DNA of 64,000 nt from Pontiella sp. (GTDB lineage Bacteria > Verrucomicrobiota > Kiritimatiellia > Kiritimatiellales > Pontiellaceae): positions 224,001 to 288,000 of the forward strand of contig JBNKHE010000003.1 of the NCBI GenBank assembly GCA_050290185.1, given 5' to 3'. The stretch's first letter is position 1. Each line of letters opens with the position of its first letter. Of this stretch, positions 42,279 to 51,242 are shown one piece after another. The notes under the pieces are model-generated. The model was not told the DNA's origin and ran no database searches. It worked only from the letters and a program-made list of their open reading frames with translations. Position numbers and translations under genes: made by a program.

Positions 42279-43892
42279 TCAGTTTCTGTACCGGTTGACG
42301 ATCGGCATGCGTCGGTCGCGGTCGAATGATTTCGGGGTGATCTTCACCCCGGGCGGCGATTGGCGTCGTTTGTATTCGCTCAGCTCCACGGCATGCACCA
42401 CGCGTCGGACCAGAGCTTCGTTGTATCCCTTTTCGATAAGGCCTTCAATGCCCATGTCGTTTTCCACATAGTCCATCAGGATCGGATCCAATACCTCATA
42501 GGGCGGAAGCGAATCCGTATCTTTCTGGTCGGGCCGAAGCTCGGCCGATGGCGGTCGTTCAATGATGCTGGGTGGAATGACGGGTACATTCCCTTGTTCA
42601 TTGCGCCAGCGGCATAGATCGAACACCAATGTTTTCGGAACATCCTTGATCACCGCAAAGCCACCGGCCATGTCCCCGTAGATGGTGCAGTAACCCATGG
42701 CCATTTCGCTCTTGTTTCCGGTCGTGAGCACGAGCCATCCATATTCGTTGGAGAGTGCCATGATCAGGTTTCCACGTATGCGTGCCTGCAGGTTTTCCTC
42801 GGCCAGACCCGCTTTCTTTTCCCTGCCCCAGATCTCGGAAAGTGATGTTTCGAATCCCTCGTACAGGGCTTTGATCGGCAGGGTGTGGAACTCAATATCC
42901 AGGATTTCTGCCATCTCGCAAGCGTCGTTGAGTGTGCCGGAAGTCGAATACTGCGACGGCATGGTGACCGACGCCACCCGGTCCTTGCCCAACGCATCTA
43001 CGGCAATCGCCAGAACCAGTGCCGAGTCAATTCCTCCGCTGAGCGCTACGACGACACGCTTGAAGCCGATTTTGTTGACGTAGTCCTTCAACCCGAGCTT
43101 CAGCGCTTCGTACACTTCCTCTAAATCCGGAAGGGGCGTTTCCTTGCGAGAGGCTTGCCGCTGGCCGGAAAGGTTGTGGTAAAGCACGTCTTCCTGGAAC
43201 TGTTTCGCGCGGGCGATGCGCGAACCATCGGGTGCAAAGACCATACTGGCCCCATCGAAAACCAGTTCATCCTGTCCGCCAATCATGTTGCAGTAGAGCA
43301 TGGTGGCGTTCATTTTCCGGGTGGTTTCCGAGAGCACGGCAATCCGGTGGTTGAGCTTTCCGCGATGATAGGGGGAGGCGGATAGGTTGATTAGTATATC
43401 GACGTTTTCGCTGTCCAGCAGGGTGACTGCCGCTCCGTCGGCATTCCAGGAATCCTCGCAGATATGGATTGCGCATCGCTGCCCTTCGAGGTCGAAAGAA
43501 AAAGGGTGTGCCCCAGGTTCGAATAGGCGCATTTCGTCGAATACCCCGTAGTTCGGCAGATGCATCTTGTGGTATTCGCCAACAATTTTTCCACCCTGGA
43601 ACAACAGCGCTGCATTAAATTTTTCACCCTTTCTGGCTATCGGCGAACCCACTACGATATGAGGTTCCGGAGGGAGTTCTTTCGTGAGCCGTTCCAGCTG
43701 AAGTTCACAGTCTGCGCAAAAATGATCCTTCAGGATCAAATCTTCAGGCGGATAGCCAGATAGCGTCAGTTCCGGGAACACAATCAGGTGCGCGCCTGAC
43801 GCAAACGCTGCAAGGCTTTTTTCAATGACCTTGTCGGCATTGGCTTCCAAGGCTCCAACCGTTGGATTCATCTGGATCAGTGCTATCTTCAA
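42279..43892 (-). CDS. nadE: Glutamine-dependent NAD+ synthetase
   Basis: Nitrilase domain FPEL..GYPPEDL, K..LPNY, ICED; synthetase LSGGIDSAL, ENLQARIRG, TTGNKSE, PSAELRPDQ. Confidence 0.96.
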   Translation of the reverse strand: MKIALIQMNPTVGALEANADKVIEKSLAAFASGAHLIVFPELTLSGYPPEDLILKDHFCADCELQLERLTKELPPEPHIVVGSPIARKGEKFNAALLFQGGKIVGEYHKMHLPNYGVFDEMRLFEPGAHPFSFDLEGQRCAIHICEDSWNADGAAVTLLDSENVDILINLSASPYHRGKLNHRIAVLSETTRKMNATMLYCNMIGGQDELVFDGASMVFAPDGSRIARAKQFQEDVLYHNLSGQRQASRKETPLPDLEEVYEALKLGLKDYVNKIGFKRVVVALSGGIDSALVLAIAVDALGKDRVASVTMPSQYSTSGTLNDACEMAEILDIEFHTLPIKALYEGFETSLSEIWGREKKAGLAEENLQARIRGNLIMALSNEYGWLVLTTGNKSEMAMGYCTIYGDMAGGFAVIKDVPKTLVFDLCRWRNEQGNVPVIPPSIIERPPSAELRPDQKDTDSLPPYEVLDPILMDYVENDMGIEGLIEKGYNEALVRRVVHAVELSEYKRRQSPPGVKITPKSFDRDRRMPIVNRYRN

Positions 43893-43896
43893 CGGA

Positions 43897-44070
43897 TTAC
43901 TCCTTGGAATCGCCGGCCATTTTTACCGGAGCGGTGACCACGGCGCCGGTGGTCTTGATCCCGGTGCTGGTGGCCGCTCCGGCGACCTTGACGGGGGTGG
44001 TAATCAACGCGCACCCGCTTGTTGCACCCAGCATCGCCAGTGCAGCAAGGGAACGAAAAGTCGATAGCAT
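43897..44070 (-). CDS. Small putative lipoprotein (57 aa)
   Basis: MLSTFRSLAALAMLGATSGC lipobox-like; repeated T.PVK.AG; GGAG RBS; fills the guaB-nadE gap. Confidence 0.7.
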   Translation of the reverse strand: MLSTFRSLAALAMLGATSGCALITTPVKVAGAATSTGIKTTGAVVTAPVKMAGDSKE

Positions 44071-44083
44071 GAGATGCTCCCGT

Positions 44084-45577
44084 CTACCGCCGGTAATTCG
44101 GCGCTTCCTTCGTAATCTTGATATCGTGGGCATGCGCTTCGATGGATCCGGCATGGGATACACGGACAAACCGGCCATTGGTCTTGAGCTCGGGAACCGT
44201 GCGTGTGCCGCAATAACCCAGACTGGCCTGCAGTCCTCCACAGTATTGCTTCATCACCTTGTTGACCGTGCCTGCGTACGGAACCATGCCTTCAATGCCC
44301 TGCGGGACGAGATCGTCTTCATCACTCAGGCCATAGCGCTGCCGGCTTCCTTCGCGCGATTTCATGGCATCCAGACTGCCCATGCCGCGGTAAATTACAA
44401 ACTGGCGGCCTTCATAGATGATCTTTTCGCCGGGGCTTTCTTCGGTTCCTGCCAGCACCGATCCCATCATGACCGTATTGGCTCCGGCAACAAGCGCCTT
44501 GGCAATATCGCCGGAGTTGCGGACGCCACCATCGGCGACCACGGGGATTTCGCCCTTCAGCGCACTGGACGCGGCATAGATAGCGGAAATTTGCGGGATG
44601 CCGACGCCGGCCACGACACGCGTTGTACAGATCGAGCCGGGCCCGATTCCCACCTTGACGGCGTCTGCTCCTGCATCGCGCAGTGCAATGGCGGCTTCGC
44701 CCGTGGCAATGTTGCCTCCGATGACGTCGATGTGCGGGAATTTGTTCTTCACCCATGCGACCATGTCGATCACCCCTTTGGTATGACCGTGGGCCGTGTC
44801 GACCACCATAACATCGACTTCTTCCTGATTGAGGATTTCAGCCCTTTCGTAGTCGCCGGGGCCGACCCCGGCCGCGACGCGCAGGCGATATTTGTCGTCG
44901 CGGTTGAACAGGGGTTCCTCATTTTCGATCAATCGGCGTACGTCGGCGTAGCTGTAGAGACCGACCAGCTTGCCCTTGTCGACAAGCGGTAGCTTTCCGA
45001 TCTTGTGCTGCTGCATGATGTCGTAGGCCTGACGCAGGTTGGTATCGGGTTTGGCCGTAATGATATTGGTGGTCATAACCTCGGTAACTTTCGCCCGTTT
45101 GGAGCGCGAAAAGCGGATGTCTTTGGAGGTAAGGATGCCAATGAGTTTAGCGTCATCGTCCAGCACCGGGAATCCGCTGAAGCTGTAGCCTTTTTCGGCC
45201 CGTTTGACCGCAATCGTTTCGAGGGTATCGTTAATGTTGAACGTAACCGGAGCTGTGATCAGTCCGTTGAGATGGTGCTTGACCCGGCTGACATGCTGGG
45301 CCTGGATTTCAGGGTCGAGGTTCTTGTGGATCACGCCGATGCCGCCCAGCATGGCCATGGAAATCGCCATTCTGGCTTCGGTGACCGTATCCATGGCCGC
45401 ACTCAGAAAGGGAACCTTCATGCTGATATTGCGGGTTAGCTTGGTCGATATGTCGGTATCGCCCGGCAGGAAGTCGGCATATTGGGTGATCAACGAGACA
45501 TCGTCGAATGTAAGCCCCTCGTAGGGGAATGTTTTCATGAAATCATCGAGGTATTGATTGTTGCTCATCTTTTGCAT
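44084..45577 (-). CDS. guaB: IMP dehydrogenase
   Basis: [18 protein letters not shown] pair, [28 protein letters not shown]; start may be 45568. Confidence 0.97.
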   Translation of the reverse strand: MQKMSNNQYLDDFMKTFPYEGLTFDDVSLITQYADFLPGDTDISTKLTRNISMKVPFLSAAMDTVTEARMAISMAMLGGIGVIHKNLDPEIQAQHVSRVKHHLNGLITAPVTFNINDTLETIAVKRAEKGYSFSGFPVLDDDAKLIGILTSKDIRFSRSKRAKVTEVMTTNIITAKPDTNLRQAYDIMQQHKIGKLPLVDKGKLVGLYSYADVRRLIENEEPLFNRDDKYRLRVAAGVGPGDYERAEILNQEEVDVMVVDTAHGHTKGVIDMVAWVKNKFPHIDVIGGNIATGEAAIALRDAGADAVKVGIGPGSICTTRVVAGVGIPQISAIYAASSALKGEIPVVADGGVRNSGDIAKALVAGANTVMMGSVLAGTEESPGEKIIYEGRQFVIYRGMGSLDAMKSREGSRQRYGLSDEDDLVPQGIEGMVPYAGTVNKVMKQYCGGLQASLGYCGTRTVPELKTNGRFVRVSHAGSIEAHAHDIKITKEAPNYRR

Positions 45578-45746
45578 CCTTTTGCCGTACTATTTTGTGC
45601 ATATCTTCAAGGGGAGTCAAGTGCTGTGTTAAACATTGCTTCCCCATCAGGGGATGAATGCCTGATGGCATGGTTGGAGTTGTGTGTTTTCCGTGTTCGT
45701 CCAGCAGGCATTGCTATGATAGAGATAAGGTTTTCGGGAGAAAATT

Positions 45747-46196
45747 ATGAAGAATTTGATCAAATGGATAGCGGTTGGTTTTGGGACCGGATGGAGTCCG
45801 GTAATGCCGGGAACGGTGGGAACGTTGGTCGGCCTGCCGATCGCCTGGGGGTTGATGCAGGTTCAGGAAGTGGGTGCACAGGCGATGGTTTGCGCCGCAT
45901 TGACCTTGCTGGCCATTCCCATCTGCGGGGTGGCGGAACGAATGATTGGAGGCAAGGATCCTGGTTGCATTGTGGCCGATGAATATTTGACGCTTCCGAT
46001 CACCGTGATCGGCTTAAGCTCCCCTTGGGCGCTCTTGAGCGGATTTCTGCTTCACCGTGTTTTCGATATCACGAAGCCCCCGCCGATCCGTCAGTTGCAG
46101 CATATCCACGGGGGCTTCGGGATTGTCATTGATGATTTTCTGGCCGCACTGATTGCACTGGGCCTGAATCATCTTATATTCCGGTTGCTGGCTTAG
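45747..46196 (+). CDS. pgpA: Phosphatidylglycerophosphatase A
   Basis: G.G.SP.MPGT.GT, KDPG.IV.DE, R.FDI.KP.PI, GG.GIV.DD.LA. Confidence 0.92.
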   Translation: MKNLIKWIAVGFGTGWSPVMPGTVGTLVGLPIAWGLMQVQEVGAQAMVCAALTLLAIPICGVAERMIGGKDPGCIVADEYLTLPITVIGLSSPWALLSGFLLHRVFDITKPPPIRQLQHIHGGFGIVIDDFLAALIALGLNHLIFRLLA

Positions 46197-47431
46197 GGAT
46201 TTTTGCGTTCCTGCTGGACATATTTCATCAGCGCCTGGAACTCTTCCGTATTCCGCAGCTGATCGAATTCAGCTTCGTCCATCCACGCAATCGCCAGTTT
46301 GGGGTCGGTCAGTTGTATCCCGCGCCGCAAGGCCTCCGTCGCAGCCACGGTATTGCCGAGCTTGTTCTCGGCCCGCGCCAGCAGGAAGTAGACGATGTGG
46401 TCATCAGTCATTTGTTCGCTGAGCTGCCGCAACTGTTCCGCCGCACGTTCCCAGTTTCCGGTTTTAGTCAGATATAGGGCAAAATCGTACCGTGTGCCGG
46501 TGTCCATCGGACGCTGGTCGAGAAACTGTTCGTAGGCTTTGATGGCATCTTCCGGCCGGTCGAGTTTCTTGTAGAGCAACGCCATATTTTTCAGGGCATC
46601 GGTATACGCCGGTTTCAAATCCAGCGAACGCTTGAGATATTCTTCCGCCCGGTCATACGCTTCCGAATCAATACATGCGGCGCCGAGGTTGTTCAGGACA
46701 TCAAATGTAAGGTCCCGGTCGGGCGCATCCGCCAGCAGATCAAGGGCCTTTTGCATCTCTCCAAGTTTGAAGTATACCATGCCCAGGGGAACTTTAACCC
46801 CTTCCAGATCGGGAACGATTTCCATGGCCTGCTCATAATACTGGGCGGCTTGTTTGTAGGCTTCCTGGTTGCTTTTTCCTAGCTCGATGGCCTGTTCTGC
46901 CATGATGATGTTAAACGCGGCTTTCTTCAGCCATGCCGTATTGAAAGGGCGCTCTCCTTCGCCGTTCCAGGTCGGATCGGCGTAGCTTCGGTTGAGGTCT
47001 AAAACCCATTGTGCTTCGGTGGGGAGTGAGTGGCGTGGTATATACTCCTGGGCAATCGGGGTTGGTGTAGTGCTTTCCTTCAGGATGCCGATGTATTCCT
47101 TGACTACAACGAAAACCAGTGCCACAAGCAGTGCAAGGACGATTATCCCTAGTATGAAGCTGGTGAACTGGTGTCGCCGGATTTCACGCTTGCGCTCTTC
47201 GATGATCTCGCTCGAGACCTGCGGGGTAAAATCATCCCTCTTGGTGTGGTCGGTTGCGTAAATATCCTGCAGATGTTGCCGGTTTCCTGAATCCATATAA
47301 TCATTCCTGTTCGATTGGGCGTATAGCATCCAATTCTCCATATCAAGATATGGAATGCAATCCAAATGTGCCTGCCGCTTTGCAATCGCCTGCCCGTATA
47401 CACGGCAAGTTTCCTTCAGTTTTTCGTCCAA
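46193..47431 (-). CDS. Membrane-anchored TPR protein
   Basis: One hydrophobic segment then several TPR units (LNNLGA..YDRA, ALKNMA, YFLLARA); start uncertain. Confidence 0.8.
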   Translation of the reverse strand: MDEKLKETCRVYGQAIAKRQAHLDCIPYLDMENWMLYAQSNRNDYMDSGNRQHLQDIYATDHTKRDDFTPQVSSEIIEERKREIRRHQFTSFILGIIVLALLVALVFVVVKEYIGILKESTTPTPIAQEYIPRHSLPTEAQWVLDLNRSYADPTWNGEGERPFNTAWLKKAAFNIIMAEQAIELGKSNQEAYKQAAQYYEQAMEIVPDLEGVKVPLGMVYFKLGEMQKALDLLADAPDRDLTFDVLNNLGAACIDSEAYDRAEEYLKRSLDLKPAYTDALKNMALLYKKLDRPEDAIKAYEQFLDQRPMDTGTRYDFALYLTKTGNWERAAEQLRQLSEQMTDDHIVYFLLARAENKLGNTVAATEALRRGIQLTDPKLAIAWMDEAEFDQLRNTEEFQALMKYVQQERKNP

Positions 47432-47528
47432 ATTCGCAGCCGGTTGGTGTTATAAGCATACGCTTTAAACACGGTTGTGAATCCGGTTTTCCGCATTGTG
47501 GAATACCGATCTGAAAGAAGGAAGAAAC

Positions 47529-48614
47529 ATGTCGAGTACGATAGGAACACTTTTCAAGGTATCTACATTCGGGGAATCGCACGGGAAAGCCGTGGGCGCG
47601 ATTGTCGATGGCTGTCCGGCCAATCTGGAGCTGAGCGAGGCGGATCTTCAGCCGCAGCTGACGCGGCGTCGTCCCGGCCAGAGCGATATGACCACCCCTC
47701 GCGAAGAGGCCGACCTAGTCACTATTCTTTCCGGCGTTGAAAACGGCAAGACGCTGGGAACGCCTATCGGCTTGATGGTCAATAACAAGGATCAGCGCCC
47801 GGGCGACTATGGTGAAATGAGCGACGTTCCACGGCCGTCGCACGCCGACTACACTTATCAGATGAAATACGGAAACCGCGCATCCAGCGGTGGCGGACGC
47901 TCCAGCGCGCGCGAAACCATCGGTCGTGTGGCCGCCGGCGCCATCGCGGAAAAATGGCTTTTTGAAAAATTCGGCACCAAAATCATATCCTGGGTCAGTA
48001 CTGTTGGTGATATCGATGCGCGCGATATGAGTGCCGAAAGCCTTACACGCGAACAGATCGACGCCAATATTATCCGCTGTCCCGACGAGGCCGCCGCCGC
48101 AAAAATGATTGAGTTGGTCAAGGCAACGCGGGACCGCAAGGATTCCGTGGGCGGTATCCTGACTTGCGTAGCTGAAAATATTCCGGTCGGTCTGGGGGAA
48201 CCGGTTTTCGAGCGGATGGAGGCCAAGCTTGCGCAGGCCATGCTCTCAATTCCAGCAACCAAGGGCTTTGAAATCGGCTCCGGGTTTGGCGGCGCGCGCA
48301 TGTTTGGATCGCAGCACAACGATCCCTACGAGATGAAGGCCGATGGCCGTCTGGGAACCGTGACCAATTTCAGCGGCGGGGTGCAGGGTGGCATCTCCAA
48401 CGGCGAACCGATCGTTTTCCGTATCGCCTTCAAGCCGCCGGCCACGATCGGGCTCGCGCAGGAAACCTCGACGTTCCAGGGCGAGGCAACCGTGCTGGAG
48501 GCCAAGGGCCGTCACGATCCCTGTGTTGTGCCGCGCGCCGTGCCCATTGTTGAGACTATGACGGCGCTGGTACTGATGGATTTTGTATTGCGCCAGAATT
48601 ACCGCAATGCCTAG
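47529..48614 (+). CDS. aroC: Chorismate synthase
   Basis: [52 protein letters not shown]. Confidence 0.98.
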   Translation: MSSTIGTLFKVSTFGESHGKAVGAIVDGCPANLELSEADLQPQLTRRRPGQSDMTTPREEADLVTILSGVENGKTLGTPIGLMVNNKDQRPGDYGEMSDVPRPSHADYTYQMKYGNRASSGGGRSSARETIGRVAAGAIAEKWLFEKFGTKIISWVSTVGDIDARDMSAESLTREQIDANIIRCPDEAAAAKMIELVKATRDRKDSVGGILTCVAENIPVGLGEPVFERMEAKLAQAMLSIPATKGFEIGSGFGGARMFGSQHNDPYEMKADGRLGTVTNFSGGVQGGISNGEPIVFRIAFKPPATIGLAQETSTFQGEATVLEAKGRHDPCVVPRAVPIVETMTALVLMDFVLRQNYRNA

Positions 48615-48616
48615 CC

Positions 48617-48946
48617 ATGATTAGCGGAGCGTTCCAACTCGCCTTCATCGGCCCGGGCGGCCCCGAAATTCTCGTGGTCATGCTTGCGTTGCTGCTCATG
48701 TTCGGCGCCAAGGATGCGCCACGCGTTTTTAGAAAACTCAACGACATCCTCAACCAGATCCGCAGCACGGCGGAAAGCTTTAAGCGCGAAGTGATGTATG
48801 GCGATTTGACTCCCGAACCACACGCCGAAAACGACATCGGCGAATACGAAGACTACGGTTTGGGGGTTGATGAGGATTCGGACGAGACCGGCCATGATGC
48901 ACCCGTCGATGCGGAAGAAGAGGGGGGCGATGATAAACCCGTTTAA
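48617..48946 (+). CDS. Twin-arginine translocase TatA/TatB-family subunit (TatB-like)
   Basis: GGPEILVV..LLMFG..D.P, amphipathic helix, acidic tail; precedes tatC. Confidence 0.8.
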   Translation: MISGAFQLAFIGPGGPEILVVMLALLLMFGAKDAPRVFRKLNDILNQIRSTAESFKREVMYGDLTPEPHAENDIGEYEDYGLGVDEDSDETGHDAPVDAEEEGGDDKPV

Positions 48947-49880
48947 ATCGCTCAAGCACCGATTCAGCTACGACGATAGCGAAATGCCGTTCCTCGACCA
49001 TCTCGAGGAATTCCGAAAGATGGTCATCCGCTCGTTCGTTGTGTTGTTGCTCGGTATGGTGGTTTGTCTGCCCTTTGCGGACCACTTGATCATGCTGCTG
49101 CGCGCCCCGGCTGAACCGTATATCGAAAAAAATGCGGAGGAGACTTTGGGCTCGACGGCTTTCCAACTGAAGATTCCGGCGACAGCGCTGGAAGGCGGTG
49201 CGGACAGCAACGGGTACTACCGGGTTGACGCCGATGTCGTGGCGCCGGAAGAGCGTGCTTCCAGCCATGGGGTTATCCGCCTGCAGTTTTCCGAGCCGTC
49301 CGCCGCTTTCAAGATGTGGATGAGCGCGTCCTTCTTTGGCGGTCTGCTGCTGAGTCTGCCCTTTCTTGTTTTTATCATCGGATCGTTTGTCATGCCGGGC
49401 ATCAAGAATGCCGAACGGAGGATGATGACACGCATCTCGCTCTTTTCCGGCGTGCTGTTCGTGGTGGGCATTACGATGGGCTACCGGATCACCCTGCCGC
49501 TGGCGCTGGGGCTGATGTTAAAATTCGGCGGTGCACTCGGCGGCGAGTCGATCTGGTTCTACAGCAAGTACATTGCCTTTGCCCTCCAGCTGCTGCTGGG
49601 CTTCGGGCTTGCGTTCCAGCTTCCCGTCGTCATTCTGATCCTCGGCAAGATGGGACTCGTCAATGCCCGTCAACTGCGCGAAAAAAGGCGGCATGTGATT
49701 GTAGGGCTCCTGATTGTCGCCATGCTCCTGACTCCGCCGGATATCATGACTCAGGTGCTGATGGCGGCTCCCTTGATTTTACTCTACGAGTTCTGTATAT
49801 GGTTTCTTTACTTTAGCGGAAACCGGGGCAGTGTCTCCAGTACGGGAATGTCGCACGATTCATCGGATGCGGAAGACTAA
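48930..49880 (+). CDS. tatC: Twin-arginine translocase subunit TatC
   Basis: MPFLDHLEEFR, F..PG...ER, FGLAFQLPV, LTPPD..TQ.LMA.P...LYE. Confidence 0.93.
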   Translation: MINPFKSLKHRFSYDDSEMPFLDHLEEFRKMVIRSFVVLLLGMVVCLPFADHLIMLLRAPAEPYIEKNAEETLGSTAFQLKIPATALEGGADSNGYYRVDADVVAPEERASSHGVIRLQFSEPSAAFKMWMSASFFGGLLLSLPFLVFIIGSFVMPGIKNAERRMMTRISLFSGVLFVVGITMGYRITLPLALGLMLKFGGALGGESIWFYSKYIAFALQLLLGFGLAFQLPVVILILGKMGLVNARQLREKRRHVIVGLLIVAMLLTPPDIMTQVLMAAPLILLYEFCIWFLYFSGNRGSVSSTGMSHDSSDAED

Positions 49881-49908
49881 ACGAAAGACCTAAACGAGGA
49901 ATAGGGAT

Positions 49909-50139
49909 ATGTATACATTGGGGATTGGAATGCCGGGCCAGTCGGAAGTGCTGTTGATCATTTTCATCATTCTGTTGCTGTTCGGTGCCAAGAAGCTTCC
50001 CGAGCTGTCGCGCTCGCTCGGCAAGAGTCTTGGCGAATTCAAGAAGGGCCAGCAGGAAGGTGCCGAGCCCGAGAAAAAAGAAGATAACGAAGACGTCGCC
50101 GCCTCCGCTCTGGAGGAGCCGGAAAAGAAAGACGACTAA
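49909..50139 (+). CDS. tatA: Twin-arginine translocase subunit TatA
   Basis: E.LLI..IILLLFGAKKLPEL.RSLGKSL.EFKKG. Confidence 0.93.
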   Translation: MYTLGIGMPGQSEVLLIIFIILLLFGAKKLPELSRSLGKSLGEFKKGQQEGAEPEKKEDNEDVAASALEEPEKKDD

Positions 50140-50212
50140 CCCAGTCGACGCCGATTCCTGAGATTGATTAATGTGGCGAACGGCATGTTGTCGTGGCCAA
50201 CGAGAGGACCCC

Positions 50213-51049
50213 ATGAGCGACCGCATGCATGTAGAACTTACGCCCGAAGAGGAGAAGGAAAATTCCAATGCGGTCATTGCCCATGTTCTGCCGTTCGCCA
50301 TTTGGCTGACGATGATGGTGTGGGTCGACGGCTACAACGCCCGCACGATCGGCGGGCTGGTTCTGCTGGCGATCTTCCGTCCATGGCGCTGGTATCCGAA
50401 ACTGAACTTCAAGAATATTCCTGCCGCCATCGGGGTGGGGATTTTGATTTTCTTTGTCTGGGTAGGGTTCGAAACCCCGTGGATGGCCGAGAATGCTCCC
50501 GCCGTCACCGAATGGTACGACCGCCTCTTTGTCGACCTGACCCATCCCTTCAAAACCCGCGAACTGTTCGAGATTCCGCTATCCGTGGAATTGCCGGAGG
50601 TAAAGCAGAACATCGCCATGGGCGTGGAGAACGCCCAGCGGACCAAGCTCCCGTTCGAGGTTGTCGAGAAAGGCGAACACGCCGGCCTGCACATGTACGA
50701 CCCGCGCGTTACCGGGCCGTTCGCCTTCTGGATGCATATGTTCGGCACAACCGTCGTCATCGCCATTATCGAGGAATTCTTTTTCCGCGGCTTCCTCTAC
50801 CGCTGGATGCAGGGCAGCCCGTTTTTTAAGATCGATGCCGGCAAGCTCCATTGGCCGATGCTTCTGCTCATCTCCGCCTTTTTTGGCGTCGAGCACTTCG
50901 AGTGGATGGCCGGAATTATCTGCGGCATCGCCTTCGGTTTGCTCTACATCAAGACCCGCGACATCTGGGCCGCCATCATCGCCCATGCTACCACCAACTT
51001 CATACTCGGGCTCTATGTCATCAAATACAACGCCTACCAGTTCTGGTAG
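50213..51049 (+). CDS. CPBP (CAAX protease-like) intramembrane glutamic protease
   Basis: IIEEFFFRGFL, FFGVEH, AIIAHATTN motifs; multiple hydrophobic segments. Confidence 0.88.
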   Translation: MSDRMHVELTPEEEKENSNAVIAHVLPFAIWLTMMVWVDGYNARTIGGLVLLAIFRPWRWYPKLNFKNIPAAIGVGILIFFVWVGFETPWMAENAPAVTEWYDRLFVDLTHPFKTRELFEIPLSVELPEVKQNIAMGVENAQRTKLPFEVVEKGEHAGLHMYDPRVTGPFAFWMHMFGTTVVIAIIEEFFFRGFLYRWMQGSPFFKIDAGKLHWPMLLLISAFFGVEHFEWMAGIICGIAFGLLYIKTRDIWAAIIAHATTNFILGLYVIKYNAYQFW

Positions 51050-51134
51050 AATCCAGAAGCTCGCCCTGTATCTTTTCAAAACGGCTTGCCACGGCTCCAA
51101 TCCCTGACCTATATTGCCGCTCCTTTCTTAAAGC

Positions 51135-51211
<77 letters not shown>

Positions 51212-51242
51212 TTTTTCACTGGTGACCCGATTGGGATAGAAC

